Source: a virus
Reading direction: 5' to 3' (one strand)
DNA: 64,000 bases
Virus record (IMG/VR): IMGVR_UViG_3300032046_000005
Coordinates: 1-64,000 of that record
Shown here one piece after another: positions 1 through 11,397 of this stretch; within the stretch, counting starts at the first letter, position 1; each line of letters opens with the position of its first letter. Under the pieces are notes generated by a model that was not told the origin of the DNA, searched no databases, and saw only the letters and a program-made list of their open reading frames with translations. The position numbers and the translations under genes are program-made.

Positions 1-654
1 GACGATTGCAAGCATTATTTGGCGAGTTTGAATTTTTGCAAGGCGTGGAAAATGCCTCGTGATGTGTTAACGGTTGATAATTGCAAGAGGTTCAAGAAAA
101 AATGAGTAAAGAAAAAAATGAAGATGAATTTGGAAAAATGTTGAAAGGAGCAATTTCTTGTGGCATGCAAGGAAATAGAATGCATGTGACATATGAAAAT
201 GGGAATGAAAAAAGGTTTGTGTTTGAAGATGGAAAGTGGAAAGATGAGATGGAGTTGATGATGAAATGAACGTGGAAAGAGATGAATTAGAAGATTATAT
301 CAAGGATTTGGAAGATAAAGTTGAAATAATGAAGAAAATAAAAATTTTACGAGAAGCTTTAATTGATGGAATTCGAGAAATTTTAAGCGAGAATTTGCCT
401 TTGGATGGAAATGTTCATGAAGATGATAAATTACAAAGTTTTACTTTTAATGTAAAAACGAACGATTATAAATTAGAAATTAAAATTGAAAGTGAAATTA
501 AAAAATGAACGAAAGATGTTTTTCTGAATTAGAAAAAGATATTTTTCTTGATATTTTAATGATATTTAGAGAAAAAGTTGAAGATGTTTTTAATAGAAAA
601 TGTATAGAATTTTGGTTAGAACAAAAAAAGGAATTTTTTGGATGGTAATGTAAA

Positions 655-1212
655 ATGAGCAAGACTTTGTATTTTTTTGATATTGATGGATGCACAATGC
701 CTTCTATTTTTCCTAACGATTTGTTCTATAATACTGATATAGAAAAATTAGATATTATCATAAAAGCATATCAAGAAGCGAAAAGATTGTATTGGGATTG
801 GAAATCAAACGGAACTGGATTATATCCCAACTTCGTGGAATTTTATAAGGAAATTAGCAAGGAAAAACCTGTTATAACTTTCATAACTGGACGGCAAAGA
901 GATATTTTTGGTTGGTTAACACGATGGCAATTAAAACCATTAAATGATATTAATAATTATTATGATGTTGAATATTTTCCAAGCGAACTGAATCACACAA
1001 AACAACGATATATTGATTTTAAAAACGTTAGTATTGGGGAATTAGTACCAACCAAACGGTTTGCAGGTATTTTGAACATTTTTGATGATAACAACGATTA
1101 TTTTCAAGATTTAAAGAATCAGTTTCATTTAGCAAAAATGAATTGTTGTTTAATGAAAAGCAACGAAGATTGGGAATTGATGTTAACGAAACTAAAGAAC
1201 GGAGAGATGTGA
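655..1212 (+). CDS. HAD-superfamily phosphatase-like protein
   Basis: N-terminal FFDIDG (DxD), ITGR motif II, IFDD motif IV. Confidence 0.7.
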   Translation: MSKTLYFFDIDGCTMPSIFPNDLFYNTDIEKLDIIIKAYQEAKRLYWDWKSNGTGLYPNFVEFYKEISKEKPVITFITGRQRDIFGWLTRWQLKPLNDINNYYDVEYFPSELNHTKQRYIDFKNVSIGELVPTKRFAGILNIFDDNNDYFQDLKNQFHLAKMNCCLMKSNEDWELMLTKLKNGEM

Positions 1213-1213
1213 A

Positions 1214-1984
1214 ATGAGAACAAAAGGGACATTAGAATGGGCTGATTCAAATATCAATTGTTATTATGGATGTTCAAATGATTGTGTTTACTGCTACTCA
1301 AAAAGAATGGCGTTACAATATGGAAGAATCAAGTTAGAAGATCAGTGGAAAAAAATGATTCCCAACGAGAAAGCGATAAACAAGCAATATAGAAAAAGAG
1401 AAGGAAGAATCATGTTTCCAACTTCACATGATATTACTGAATATTCTTACGATAATTGTATTATTGTACTAAAAAAACTATTAAAAGTAGGTAATGAAAT
1501 ATTGATTACAACAAAACCCAATGACGATTTGATGTTTGATTTAATGGAAACTTTAGATAATTGGAAAAAACAAGTATTGTTCCGGTTTACAATAACATCT
1601 TTTGATGACGATTTGTTAAAGAAATATGAACCAAATGCTCCTGATTATGAATCAAGATATATGAGCATTTATAATGCGTTTGAAAATGGATGGAAAACTA
1701 GCATATCAATTGAACCATTTCTAGATAAAGATCCAACTTATTTAATTACAAGATTTTTTGATATGGATGATGGAGGAGTTGATATCATAACTGATACGAT
1801 ATGGCTTGGTGTCATGAGTGGAATTGTTCCTGAAGAACTAAAAGTTAATTACACGAAAGAAAATCTTGTTTTGATAACCAATAAAATAAAAAAATTACCA
1901 GGAAAAATACGATCTAAGATTCGATTTAAGGATTCAATTTGTAATTTATTACATTTAGAAAGCAATAGAATCATAGAGGTTTGA
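1214..1984 (+). CDS. Radical SAM protein (SPL/DUF5131-like)
   Basis: GCSNDCVYCY CxxxCxxC motif; ITTK and SIEP motifs. Confidence 0.8.
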   Translation: MRTKGTLEWADSNINCYYGCSNDCVYCYSKRMALQYGRIKLEDQWKKMIPNEKAINKQYRKREGRIMFPTSHDITEYSYDNCIIVLKKLLKVGNEILITTKPNDDLMFDLMETLDNWKKQVLFRFTITSFDDDLLKKYEPNAPDYESRYMSIYNAFENGWKTSISIEPFLDKDPTYLITRFFDMDDGGVDIITDTIWLGVMSGIVPEELKVNYTKENLVLITNKIKKLPGKIRSKIRFKDSICNLLHLESNRIIEV

Positions 1985-1987
1985 AAA

Positions 1988-3423
1988 ATGGAAAAATTAA
2001 TTCAATATAGAAAAAAAGACTTGTTAAAGCAAACAGAAGATAAAAAGGGAAAATGTTGTGTATGTGGACACGATTTAGAACATCACATTGACGAAGGAAC
2101 GCATTGGAGATGTCATTCGACTGCAAGTGATTGGTTTCAATGCGAGTGTAATCTTTCAAAAGAACGAGCTGATAACGATATGAATTATTACGACGAGCAA
2201 AGGAGATTGATTTTGATGTTTGAACAAGAAGGATTGATAAAATGAGCGAAAAAGAAAAACTTCCAAAATTACATTATTTTGAAGAAAGAAAAGCAGATCC
2301 TAATGATATATTTTTGAACATATCAATAATGCAAGGATATGTTCCAAAAGAATGTTTGCTTGGTGGACAATTGGTATTTGGTTTAGTAAGTGATGGAAAA
2401 GATCCTTGTAAAGGATGTATGGGACCAAGAGATGTTTGCAAAGGAAGAGTAAAATGAGCAAAGAAAAAGAAACAGATTGCACTTGGTGTAAGTGGTATGG
2501 AGGATTTGACGAAGGAGAAGGAGGATGTTCTGAAAGCTATTGTAGTTGTAATGATACTCAAAACGATTGTAAAGGAAGCGATTTTCCTGAATATGAAAGG
2601 CATTGTCCATATTTTGAAAGTAAATACGATTAAAGATCAAAAGGATTGAGAATATGATGATATGGAGTTTAGATAATGTAATTTTGAAAAAGAACGAGAT
2701 TGATGATATGCTTGATAAAATGGATAATGCAGAAGAAATTGAATTTAATTATCAAAACAAATTTATGATAAAAGGATTATTTAAATTGAGAAAAATGTAT
2801 AATGATAAGAAATTAGACAACGATTATATGTTTATTGAAAGATTAGAAATTGAAAAAATAAACATTAAAGAAATAAATATGAGTAAGTTAGTTAGAAAAC
2901 ACGAATCAAGAAAAGATTGTATTGAATGTAATGAATTTGATAGAACAAAATATATAGATAAATATCCCAAAAAATGCAAGTGTGGAGGATTCATTCATCA
3001 TGAACTTGAATGCAGAGGATGGGATAGAACTTCATTTTCTTGGTCAAGTCATATAATTAAATGTGATAAATGTAATACAATAATGCGGTTTGATATTGAT
3101 ATAGGATGGGAATGGGAAGATGATTATGATAATTATGAACTCCAATATTTTAAAGCATTAAAAAGATTTAAAGAAAAGAGAGATAAAAACGATTAAAAAT
3201 TATAATGAGTTGAAAATGAATGAAAATTCAAATAAATTACAGAAGAAAAGATTTTGATAACGGATTAGAAGAGTTTGCATTTAGAGTATGGATTGAATCA
3301 GAAGATTTGGTAAGAGGATTAACTAACAATGAAAAAGAAGAAATGTTAAAAGATTTGTTGAAAGCAATGCCTATTGATTTGGTTGATATTATATTACAAG
3401 AGAAATTGAAACGACCTGATTGA
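1988..3423 (+). CDS. Run of small Cys-rich and hypothetical ORFs (1988-2245, 2242-2457, ~2454-2633, 2654-3196, 3220-3423)
   Basis: Co-oriented, abutting ORFs, several with CxxC motifs; no recognisable family. Confidence 0.6.
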
Positions 3424-3426
3424 ATA

Positions 3427-5118
3427 ATGTTAAATGATATAAAGCTATATTTTCCAAAACCAACATTTAGACCAAACCAAGAACAAATTTTGAAGGATGC
3501 GTTCAACGAGCTTGAGAAAGGAACGAAAGTAGTGATTATTGAGGGTCCGACTGGATTTGGGAAGTCTCCAGTTAATGTTGCAATTGGGAGAAAGTTCAAG
3601 CCGGCGTTTTACACGACACCACAAGTCAAGTTAGTGGAGCAATTGAACAACGATTTTGGTCAGAAGGGATTAGCGATTGATGGTTGTAGTTCAAGCGATA
3701 TAATGGCATTGTTGGGGAGAAAGAATTATATCTGTAAGTTATCAGGAACGAGTTCAGACGAATGTTATGGAAGAGAAGAAGGATGCTCGAAAGAAGAGAA
3801 ATGCACATATTGGAAACAAAAAATGGCTACTAGAGAAGCAGATATAGCAATTTTGACGTTTGCAATGTTGATCGTGAATACATACTTGCCAGAAACGATG
3901 GGTTTTCCGAAGCGAAAGTTATTGATAATAGATGAATGCCATGGACTTGAAGGACAAGTTGCGAGCATGTTTGCTGGATTCACGATAACTCCAGGAGCTT
4001 TTAGATACGATGGAAACATTTACATGGATTGGGAGATATTTTTGAGAAAAGTTCCAAGATTTGAGAAAGTTAAGAATAAATACATACTTGCAAATGATTA
4101 TAAAGAATTCATAACTGAAATTGGGAACATTTATGAAGACTTTTTTAGAGTTATAACACAACAAAAAGACAAGATTTCGCAAGGTTCGCAAGATAAAGTT
4201 GCAAACAAACTCAAGCAAATCGAATATCTCGAACAATCGATAAAGAACGATAGAAAATGGATAATTAATTTGACAAAGGAACACAATCAAATAACGAGAA
4301 TAGAGTTTAAACCTATTGATGTTGACTACTTTTTACAAGAAAAAATATGGTCTCAAGCTGAACAATATGTGTTAAGTTCAGCTACGATTCCATTTCGATA
4401 CAATGTTGAGAAATGGCTCAAACGATTAGGATTAAAGAACGAATCATATGCATTTTTATCAGCTCCGATGTCGTTCCCGATTGAAAACCGACCGATTTTG
4501 AGAACATTTATGGGGGGAGAAATGACTTATGGAAACGAAAGCATTAACTTTGATTCGAACGTGGAGAAATGCAGAGAAATCATTGAACAACATCCCAACG
4601 AACGGGGAGTAATACATTCGGTTAGTTTTGAAAGAGGAAAGAAAATTGCTAAGGCATTAGATGATGAAAGCATATTTTTACATGAATACCAATACAAAAA
4701 AAAAACAAATAAGAACGAAGAAGAAAACGGAGAAAAAGAAGATATTATAAACGATTGGCAACATTCACACAAGTTAATTTTGATATCGCCATCTGTATTT
4801 GAAGGTGTGGATTTGAAAGACGACATGTGCAGATATCAGATTTTATTTAAGGTTCCATATCCAAATACAGAAGATGGAAGAATCAACTATTTAGTAACCG
4901 AGAAAAAAGATTGGGTATGGTATATGAACGAAACGGCAAAAACAGTAATACAAATGTATGGAAGAGCTGTAAGAAGCGATATTGATCACGCGACATTCTA
5001 TATTGTTGATGGAAGCTTTAATAAGTTATTGAATAATAAAACAGTAAAGTTTCCTAAGTGGTTTCTTGAAGCTTTAGATATTAAAGAACTAACAATTGAC
5101 GATTATTTTAGCAAATAA
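3427..5118 (+). CDS. DinG/XPD/Rad3-family SF2 helicase
   Basis: FRPNQ Q-motif, GPTGFGKS Walker A, Fe-S cysteines, DECH box, SAT, EGVD, QMYGRAVR. Confidence 0.92.
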   Translation: MLNDIKLYFPKPTFRPNQEQILKDAFNELEKGTKVVIIEGPTGFGKSPVNVAIGRKFKPAFYTTPQVKLVEQLNNDFGQKGLAIDGCSSSDIMALLGRKNYICKLSGTSSDECYGREEGCSKEEKCTYWKQKMATREADIAILTFAMLIVNTYLPETMGFPKRKLLIIDECHGLEGQVASMFAGFTITPGAFRYDGNIYMDWEIFLRKVPRFEKVKNKYILANDYKEFITEIGNIYEDFFRVITQQKDKISQGSQDKVANKLKQIEYLEQSIKNDRKWIINLTKEHNQITRIEFKPIDVDYFLQEKIWSQAEQYVLSSATIPFRYNVEKWLKRLGLKNESYAFLSAPMSFPIENRPILRTFMGGEMTYGNESINFDSNVEKCREIIEQHPNERGVIHSVSFERGKKIAKALDDESIFLHEYQYKKKTNKNEEENGEKEDIINDWQHSHKLILISPSVFEGVDLKDDMCRYQILFKVPYPNTEDGRINYLVTEKKDWVWYMNETAKTVIQMYGRAVRSDIDHATFYIVDGSFNKLLNNKTVKFPKWFLEALDIKELTIDDYFSK

Positions 5119-5119
5119 T

Positions 5120-5980
5120 ATGATTGAATATGAAAATAAAATTGTTTTAGGAGATTGTTTAGAAATATTACCTCAACTTCCTAATAAAATATTTGATTTG
5201 ATTATCATAGATTTACCATATAATCTTAAAAAAGATTTTCAAAATGATAATTTTTCTTCTTTTGATTTTAAAAAATTATTAAAAAAATGGATGAAAGAAA
5301 TCATATTAAAATTAAAAGAAAATGGAAGTATTTATATTTTTATGGGTCATGATTATAAAGAATATTTAAGAAGAATGTTATCAAAACATTTAATATTTAA
5401 AAGAGAATTGATTTGGTGGTATAAAGATTATGGAATAAAATGGGGAAAAGGAAATTATCTTTCTGAATTTGATTCTATTCTTTTTTTTGTTAAATCTGAT
5501 AATTATATTTTCAATTCAATCAAAAGGGAACCTTCTAAATCTACATTAAAAAGATGGAGTAAATATGCTGATACTGATGGTTTTATTGATTGGAAATATT
5601 TACCTCCATATCATAAAATAAAATATAAAACAGAAGAAAACTACAATAAAAATGGAAAATGGAATATAAATGTGGGCAAACGAATGGGAAATGTTTTTTG
5701 TATTCCTAGAGTTTCAAGAGGTAATAATCCAGAAAAGAAGTTTGGAAACCATCCAACCCAAAAACCGGAAGCATTGATAGAAAATTTCATAAAAGTAAGT
5801 TCTAATGAAAATGATTTAATAGGAGATTTTTTTATGGGTTCGGGAACAACTTGTGTAGTTGCTAAAAAATTAAGAAGAAAATATTTTGGATGTGAAATCG
5901 AATCAAAATATTGTGAAATAGCAAAAAAAAGATTGAATGATATCAATGTTTATCAAAACATAACTAAATTTTTCAAATAA
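5120..5980 (+). CDS. N4C/N6A DNA methyltransferase (beta class)
   Basis: GDCL, DLPY (variant of DPPY), HPTQKP, DFFMGSGTT; ATG at 5120 preferred over TTG at 5096. Confidence 0.9.
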   Translation: MIEYENKIVLGDCLEILPQLPNKIFDLIIIDLPYNLKKDFQNDNFSSFDFKKLLKKWMKEIILKLKENGSIYIFMGHDYKEYLRRMLSKHLIFKRELIWWYKDYGIKWGKGNYLSEFDSILFFVKSDNYIFNSIKREPSKSTLKRWSKYADTDGFIDWKYLPPYHKIKYKTEENYNKNGKWNINVGKRMGNVFCIPRVSRGNNPEKKFGNHPTQKPEALIENFIKVSSNENDLIGDFFMGSGTTCVVAKKLRRKYFGCEIESKYCEIAKKRLNDINVYQNITKFFK

Positions 5981-5994
5981 AAAAAGTTTATATA
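5981..5994 (+). promoter_or_regulatory. Archaeal BRE-TATA promoter (leaderless transcript)
   Basis: AAAAAG-TTTATATA about 24 nt upstream of ATG 6018. Confidence 0.55.
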
Positions 5995-6017
5995 TACAAA
6001 ACAACTATATATTATAT

Positions 6018-6419
6018 ATGATAAATATGAATAATAAAAAATCATACAAACAAAAATTAGCAAAAGAATGCTTAAATAACAAATGGTATTCAATTGACCT
6101 TAGACTTGATAAATTAACTGAAGATGAAAAAAGAAATGATTTAAAATATCATCTTCATATAATTGGAATATTTAATTGCTGTGCTTTTTGTGATGATGTG
6201 GAATTTAGAAGCCATTTTAACGATAGTATGAAGTGTTTTGATATGTGTGATTTTTGTATAGTAAAAAGAAAATGTATTAGAATGATTAAAAAGATTAATA
6301 AAAATGCAAGTATTAAAAAAGGGAATGTTGAAAAAGTAAAGAAATGTGTAAAGAAAACAATTAAAACATTAGAAAAAATGGCAGGAATAAAAAATGATAA
6401 AAAAAGCAATGGAACTTGA
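6018..6419 (+). CDS. Cys-rich CxFC-family protein (paralog of 7996-8370 and the C-terminus of 22538-24013)
   Basis: KW...CAFC...CDFC pattern shared among three ORFs. Confidence 0.65.
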   Translation: MINMNNKKSYKQKLAKECLNNKWYSIDLRLDKLTEDEKRNDLKYHLHIIGIFNCCAFCDDVEFRSHFNDSMKCFDMCDFCIVKRKCIRMIKKINKNASIKKGNVEKVKKCVKKTIKTLEKMAGIKNDKKSNGT

Positions 6420-6569
6420 AAAGAGAATTGAAAATCTCGAAAAGAATCAAGAAAGACTAGAAGATGTTGTAAAATCAATTATAAACGTTTGCCTGCTTGG
6501 ATTTGATCATTCGATCAAAAACAAGGAAGTAAACAAGTTAAAGACTTTCTTGAACGAAGTGAAAAAGTA

Positions 6570-6992
6570 ATGGATAGACGAGGACATCTAATAGCTTCAG
6601 AATTTATTTTGGTCATGTGCTTATGTGTATATTTGATAATTTCATTAAGGGAATATGGAACTTACGGTGTTTTCATATCAACAATCTGGTCAATTGGAAC
6701 ATATTTATTTGGTTGCATATTACCAGATTTTGATCATCCAAATGTTCAAGAAAAAATGATTGTGATAAAGTGGTTAAAGAACATTACAAAACATAGAGGT
6801 CATTGGCACAGTTTAGTTGCCATGAGCGTGTATGGAGCTTTGATACTTTATGTGATGTGGTTGTTTCAAATCGTGTTTTGGCAATTTCCGGTAATTTCAG
6901 GAATGCTTGGTTTCTTTAGTCATTTGGTGGAAGATGATTTGAACAGATACAAGTTAAAGAGCAAGCCGGAAAGGGGAGTTAAGGTATGGTGA
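6570..6992 (+). CDS. Membrane-bound metal-dependent hydrolase (YdjM/DUF2227-like)
   Basis: RGH, LPDFDH, HRGHWHS and SHLVED motifs between hydrophobic segments. Confidence 0.8.
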   Translation: MDRRGHLIASEFILVMCLCVYLIISLREYGTYGVFISTIWSIGTYLFGCILPDFDHPNVQEKMIVIKWLKNITKHRGHWHSLVAMSVYGALILYVMWLFQIVFWQFPVISGMLGFFSHLVEDDLNRYKLKSKPERGVKVW

Positions 6993-6998
6993 TTTTAA

Positions 6999-7184
6999 AC
7001 GATTGAATACAGTATCGATCAAATAAGTAAAAAAGAATTGTTTAAAGAAAACAGAGAATTGAAAAAAGAAATACAAGAATTACAAAACGAAAATTATAAC
7101 ATCAAAAAACAAATGAAAGAATTACAAAACAGATATGATATTGAAATAGCTAGTAAACCAATTGTAAAAACGAGAGTAATGTAA
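6999..7184 (+). CDS. Small coiled-coil protein with putative ACG start (absent from the ORF track)
   Basis: GGTGA RBS at 6988-6992, 6-nt spacer, ACG ATT GAA TAC; 61 sense codons; the in-frame codon before ACG is TAA. Confidence 0.55.
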   Translation, partial: TIEYSIDQISKKELFKENRELKKEIQELQNENYNIKKQMKELQNRYDIEIASKPIVKTRVM

Positions 7185-7490
7185 TGAGATGTAAAGAATG
7201 TGTTCATTTAACTGAAGACAAGACAATATACAAGAGACCTTGGTGTTTGCTTGATGGTAATGATGTGTTTGATAAGAATCAGATATGTTCAATTGATGTA
7301 AAAAATTACGAAATGAGGAATAAAAATGGTTAAAGTAGTTGTTGAAATTTACACTGATCTTATAGGAAAACTTGAAAAAATAGGACAAAGTGGCAAAGCA
7401 AGTTCAGGATATAGACAAGATTTTCAATTTTGCTTGATAAAAGCAATTGAAGAATTTATAAAGAAATATGAAAATGAAGTGAAATGAAAA

Positions 7491-7988
7491 ATGAACATGA
7501 AAGGTATAAAAACAAAAACAATAAAATTTGAAAACATAAAGTTAGAAAATAAAGAAGCAAGTGTATTGTTTCATGCAATGGAATTGAATTATGAAGAAGG
7601 TTTAAGAATACACTTAAACAATCAACATGGTAATGTGAAATCGTTAATAGGTAGAAAAGTGTTTGATGGATGGATATTCGATGAAATCATGTTTGAGATT
7701 GAAGACAAAGAAGTTGATGATAAAACAAAATTGAAAGAACTTGAAGATAAATTCATAAAATGTGAAAATAAAATCATTTATATGAATAATAAATTTAATG
7801 ATGACATAATTACTTTAGCAAAAAATCAAATTGGTATGAATCAACAAGGTTTATGTGTAAAAGTTGATGATTTGAATAGAAAGTTAATATCACAATTTGA
7901 TGCAATAAAAAATATTAATGCAAATATTGAAAAAATTTTTAATAACATATCAAGTATTGAAGATGATATAGAAGATTTGGAGGATTGA
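7491..7988 (+). CDS. Hypothetical protein with C-terminal coiled coil
   Basis: ORF in operon context; heptad-rich C-terminus. Confidence 0.6.
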   Translation: MNMKGIKTKTIKFENIKLENKEASVLFHAMELNYEEGLRIHLNNQHGNVKSLIGRKVFDGWIFDEIMFEIEDKEVDDKTKLKELEDKFIKCENKIIYMNNKFNDDIITLAKNQIGMNQQGLCVKVDDLNRKLISQFDAIKNINANIEKIFNNISSIEDDIEDLED

Positions 7989-7995
7989 TAGTAAA

Positions 7996-8370
7996 ACGAT
8001 AAATGATAAAGAAACAAAAGAACTGAAGTTGAAACTATACAAGGAAACGCTTGAAAAGAAATGGATTCCTTTTAGCAAAGGATTGCAAGAAGGCAAATGT
8101 GTTTTTTGCGAAAATGCTATGGAAAGAGGTAGAAAGATGTGTGGGAACAACGATTTTTTTTCTTGTAATTATTGTTTGTGTAATCTAGAATTATGTAATG
8201 AATTTAATGACAATGCTTTATATCAAAAAATTGACTCAATGTTAAATAGAATATATGCAGATTTACAATATTTAATATATATGGAAATGTGGAGAAAGTA
8301 TTCTTGGTTAATGATCGAAGGATTGAAAAGAGAAATCAAAAAAACCGAAGATGAATTAATAAATGAATAA
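7996..8370 (+). CDS. Cys-rich CxFC-family protein, putative ACG start
   Basis: In-frame ACG at 7996 extends the TTG 8029 call; gives MINDKETKELKLKLYKETLEKKW, colinear with the N-terminus of 6018. Confidence 0.6.
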   Translation, partial: TINDKETKELKLKLYKETLEKKWIPFSKGLQEGKCVFCENAMERGRKMCGNNDFFSCNYCLCNLELCNEFNDNALYQKIDSMLNRIYADLQYLIYMEMWRKYSWLMIEGLKREIKKTEDELINE

Positions 8371-11018
8371 AAAAAGAAGATGTTATAATTGCAAAAACGA
8401 AGATATTTGTTTTTTTTATAAAGATGTAACAAATTATTTTATTAAAAATTCGCATTTAATACAACAAATTTTTGAAATTGGTTCGTATCAAATAGCGTTA
8501 TTATGTAAAAAATATGAAGAAAGAAAATATGAAGGAGAAAACAATGAGTAAACAACATATAGAAATTAATGGGAAAATATATCCGTTATGGGAACAGTTT
8601 GTTATTAACAAAAACGAATGGATAGGAGGAATCTTACGAGATTATGGAGGAGGATGTATGGGAAGCGATTATTATGAAGGAATAATAACCAATATTATTC
8701 TTGATCCTAATGGAGAAGAAGATGCTTTCTTTAGTGTTGAAAGTAATGATTTTGGTTGTGGATTTAGCGTTAAAGTTGGAGGATTTGTTGGCAAACCTGA
8801 TGGATTAAATGGAGATATTTTCTTTAGTGGATATTGTGGACATACTTGGTCTATTGAAAAAAAGAAAAAAGAAAATGAGGTAAAAAAATAATGACTGAAG
8901 AAACAAAAAATCCAAATTGTCCATCGTGTGGACGAACGCTTGAATCTGATGATACAATATGGGAAAAGAAGAAACGATACGACGATTTTTCGAAGTTGGG
9001 AAAGCCAATTCCAAAAGAACTTGAAGGATTTGAACAAAAGTTGCCAATTCCGGCGAAACATTTGTATTTATGTTTGAATAAGGAATGTCCAAGAAAGTTT
9101 CAAGCGAATCAATATGTAATGGGAATTGATAAGTTGATGATCGAACACGACGAAAAAATAAAAGAACTTGAAGAGCGGTTATTAAAACTTGAAAATATAA
9201 ACAAAAAGTGATAAAATGACTAAATTTGGTATGGTATTTGACACTCTTGAATTACGAGATAAACTTGAAAAGATAAAGGTGTTGATGTCGTTTTCAAAAG
9301 AAGGAAACAATATATTGGATAAATGTGTTGAAATATTGAAGAAAGAAAAAAAAAATGATGGCGTGAATCGTTCGGTTGTGGCTGAAATGATGGTTCGAAT
9401 GCTTTATGAACAATTAAATCAAGATAAAAAAATAATGGAGGAAAAGAAATGATATATTTATCAAAAACAGATGATTGTGTGTTTTGTGAATATGTAAACA
9501 TTTGTAATCCAAGATTTGTAGGAAATGATGATGTTGGAGATTGTAAAAAGAGAGTACTTCAATCTATAAAACTTGCAATCGAAGAAATAAATAGAAATAA
9601 ATTACCATAAAAAAATAAAAAAACTTTAAATAGTAAAAAAAATTAAATATAAATGAGATGATATAAATAATGGGATTTTTTAGAAAAATGATAGAAAAGG
9701 CATATCAACAAGGAATTGTAGATGGACGATTGCTTGAAAATGAATATAAGAAAGGATTTGTAGATGGTTGTGCATTTTCGAAAGAAATAATGTCAAAACT
9801 AACAGATAATAAAGAAATAAAGGAAATAAGAATTGAAAAAGAAATCATTCGAGAAAAAACATATGTACAACCACGACCAATTGAGATACAGCCTTGGATA
9901 CAATGGAAATATAATTATACAGGAACAAGATTGGACACTTTAATAAATAAAGGAGATATAACTACAAATAATAGTAAAAAAATAACAAATTATTCTACTT
10001 GGAAATCACCTAATGATTATGAAATACAATACTTGGTTGATTAAACATGGACAATATAATAATACGACATTGTGTAATAACAAGCAATTCGAATCTTGAT
10101 GTTGATACATATCCTTTTATCGGTTATTTAACAGAAAAATTTGAAAAGTTTATTAATAAATATAATGTAGATTTTATGTGTTATACGATTGGAACAAGTG
10201 GAAAATTTTCAACTGTCGCTGTGAATCATCCATTTGACGATTTTATACCGAAAAATGCTGAAGATATTGTTAGAGGAAGGATTTTAAGAATGCAAGGATT
10301 GCTTCGAAATAAAAACGGAGTAATGAGAAAACAATATCCTCAATTTGAAGAAAAAAATGAAGAATTAATAGAAACAAAAAAATATTTACATGTTAGTGAA
10401 TTTTAAACATGACAAACTTGAAAAAATTTGAGAAAATACAAGAAAAAGAAGCAACAAGAGAAAAACGAATTTTGCCAATGAAAATAGAATCCTTGGCAAA
10501 AATATTACATGAATCAGGACGAGAAGCCGTTTTAACAAATAAAGTTGTTAAGAAAGATGGAGCACCTTTAGGACAAATCAAGTTCATTGAATGGGATCAA
10601 TTAAGCGAAGATGCGAGAAAAGGAAGGAGAATTCAAGCGCAGTATTTGCTCGAACGATTTATAATTAAAAAGAAAAAAATATCAAAATAAAAAAAGGTTT
10701 GAATAAATGAGCGAATTAGAAAAAGATTATCAGGAAATGATAAGAAAAATTAGAGCAGAAATGTGGAAAAACATAAATCTTGAATTTAACGATTTATTGA
10801 AAGAAACAAAAGAACGGAACCAATGGCATGAGAATGGAAAATGTTATAAATGTGGAGGAAACATTTCAATTTCATACAACGAAAAATATCCAAAAAGCAT
10901 GTATGTTGTGATGACTTGTGAAAAATGTGGAAAAGAAATATTCAATGATGCTCCTTTTGATTATTATTTTGCTCCTATTATTAAAAAACTACTAGATATT
11001 GCAGGTGTGAAAAAGTAA
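8363..11018 (+). CDS. Run of small hypothetical and Zn-ribbon ORFs including an RHH-like regulator (9216-9452)
   Basis: Abutting ORFs with CxxC motifs; 9216-9452 has a beta-helix-helix pattern ending NRSVVAEMMV. Confidence 0.55.
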
Positions 11019-11397
11019 TGACTAAAGAAACCGAAGAGAACGAAATTCCTTGGTGCTTAGATTTCATACGAACAACAGGAAAATGCATGTGGTTAGGTGG
11101 ATTTTGTAGAGATTATAATGAAAGTAATAAAAATGAATGTATAGTAAAAAAGGAATTGAAAAAATAATGAAGGAAAACGACAAACGATATTGGTCAAGAG
11201 TAGTTTCGATGGTTATAAACAAAATATTGTTTGATTTGATGAATGGAGATATTAATATTAACAATTTTAATATATCTACAGGAAATTTTTATAATGATGT
11301 TGTATATTTAGAAGAATTAATTGATTATTTAAGAAATTTAAAAAAGAAAATAAGAAAAAAAGCAAAAAAAAAAATTAAACAGTATGGAGGTAATGAA

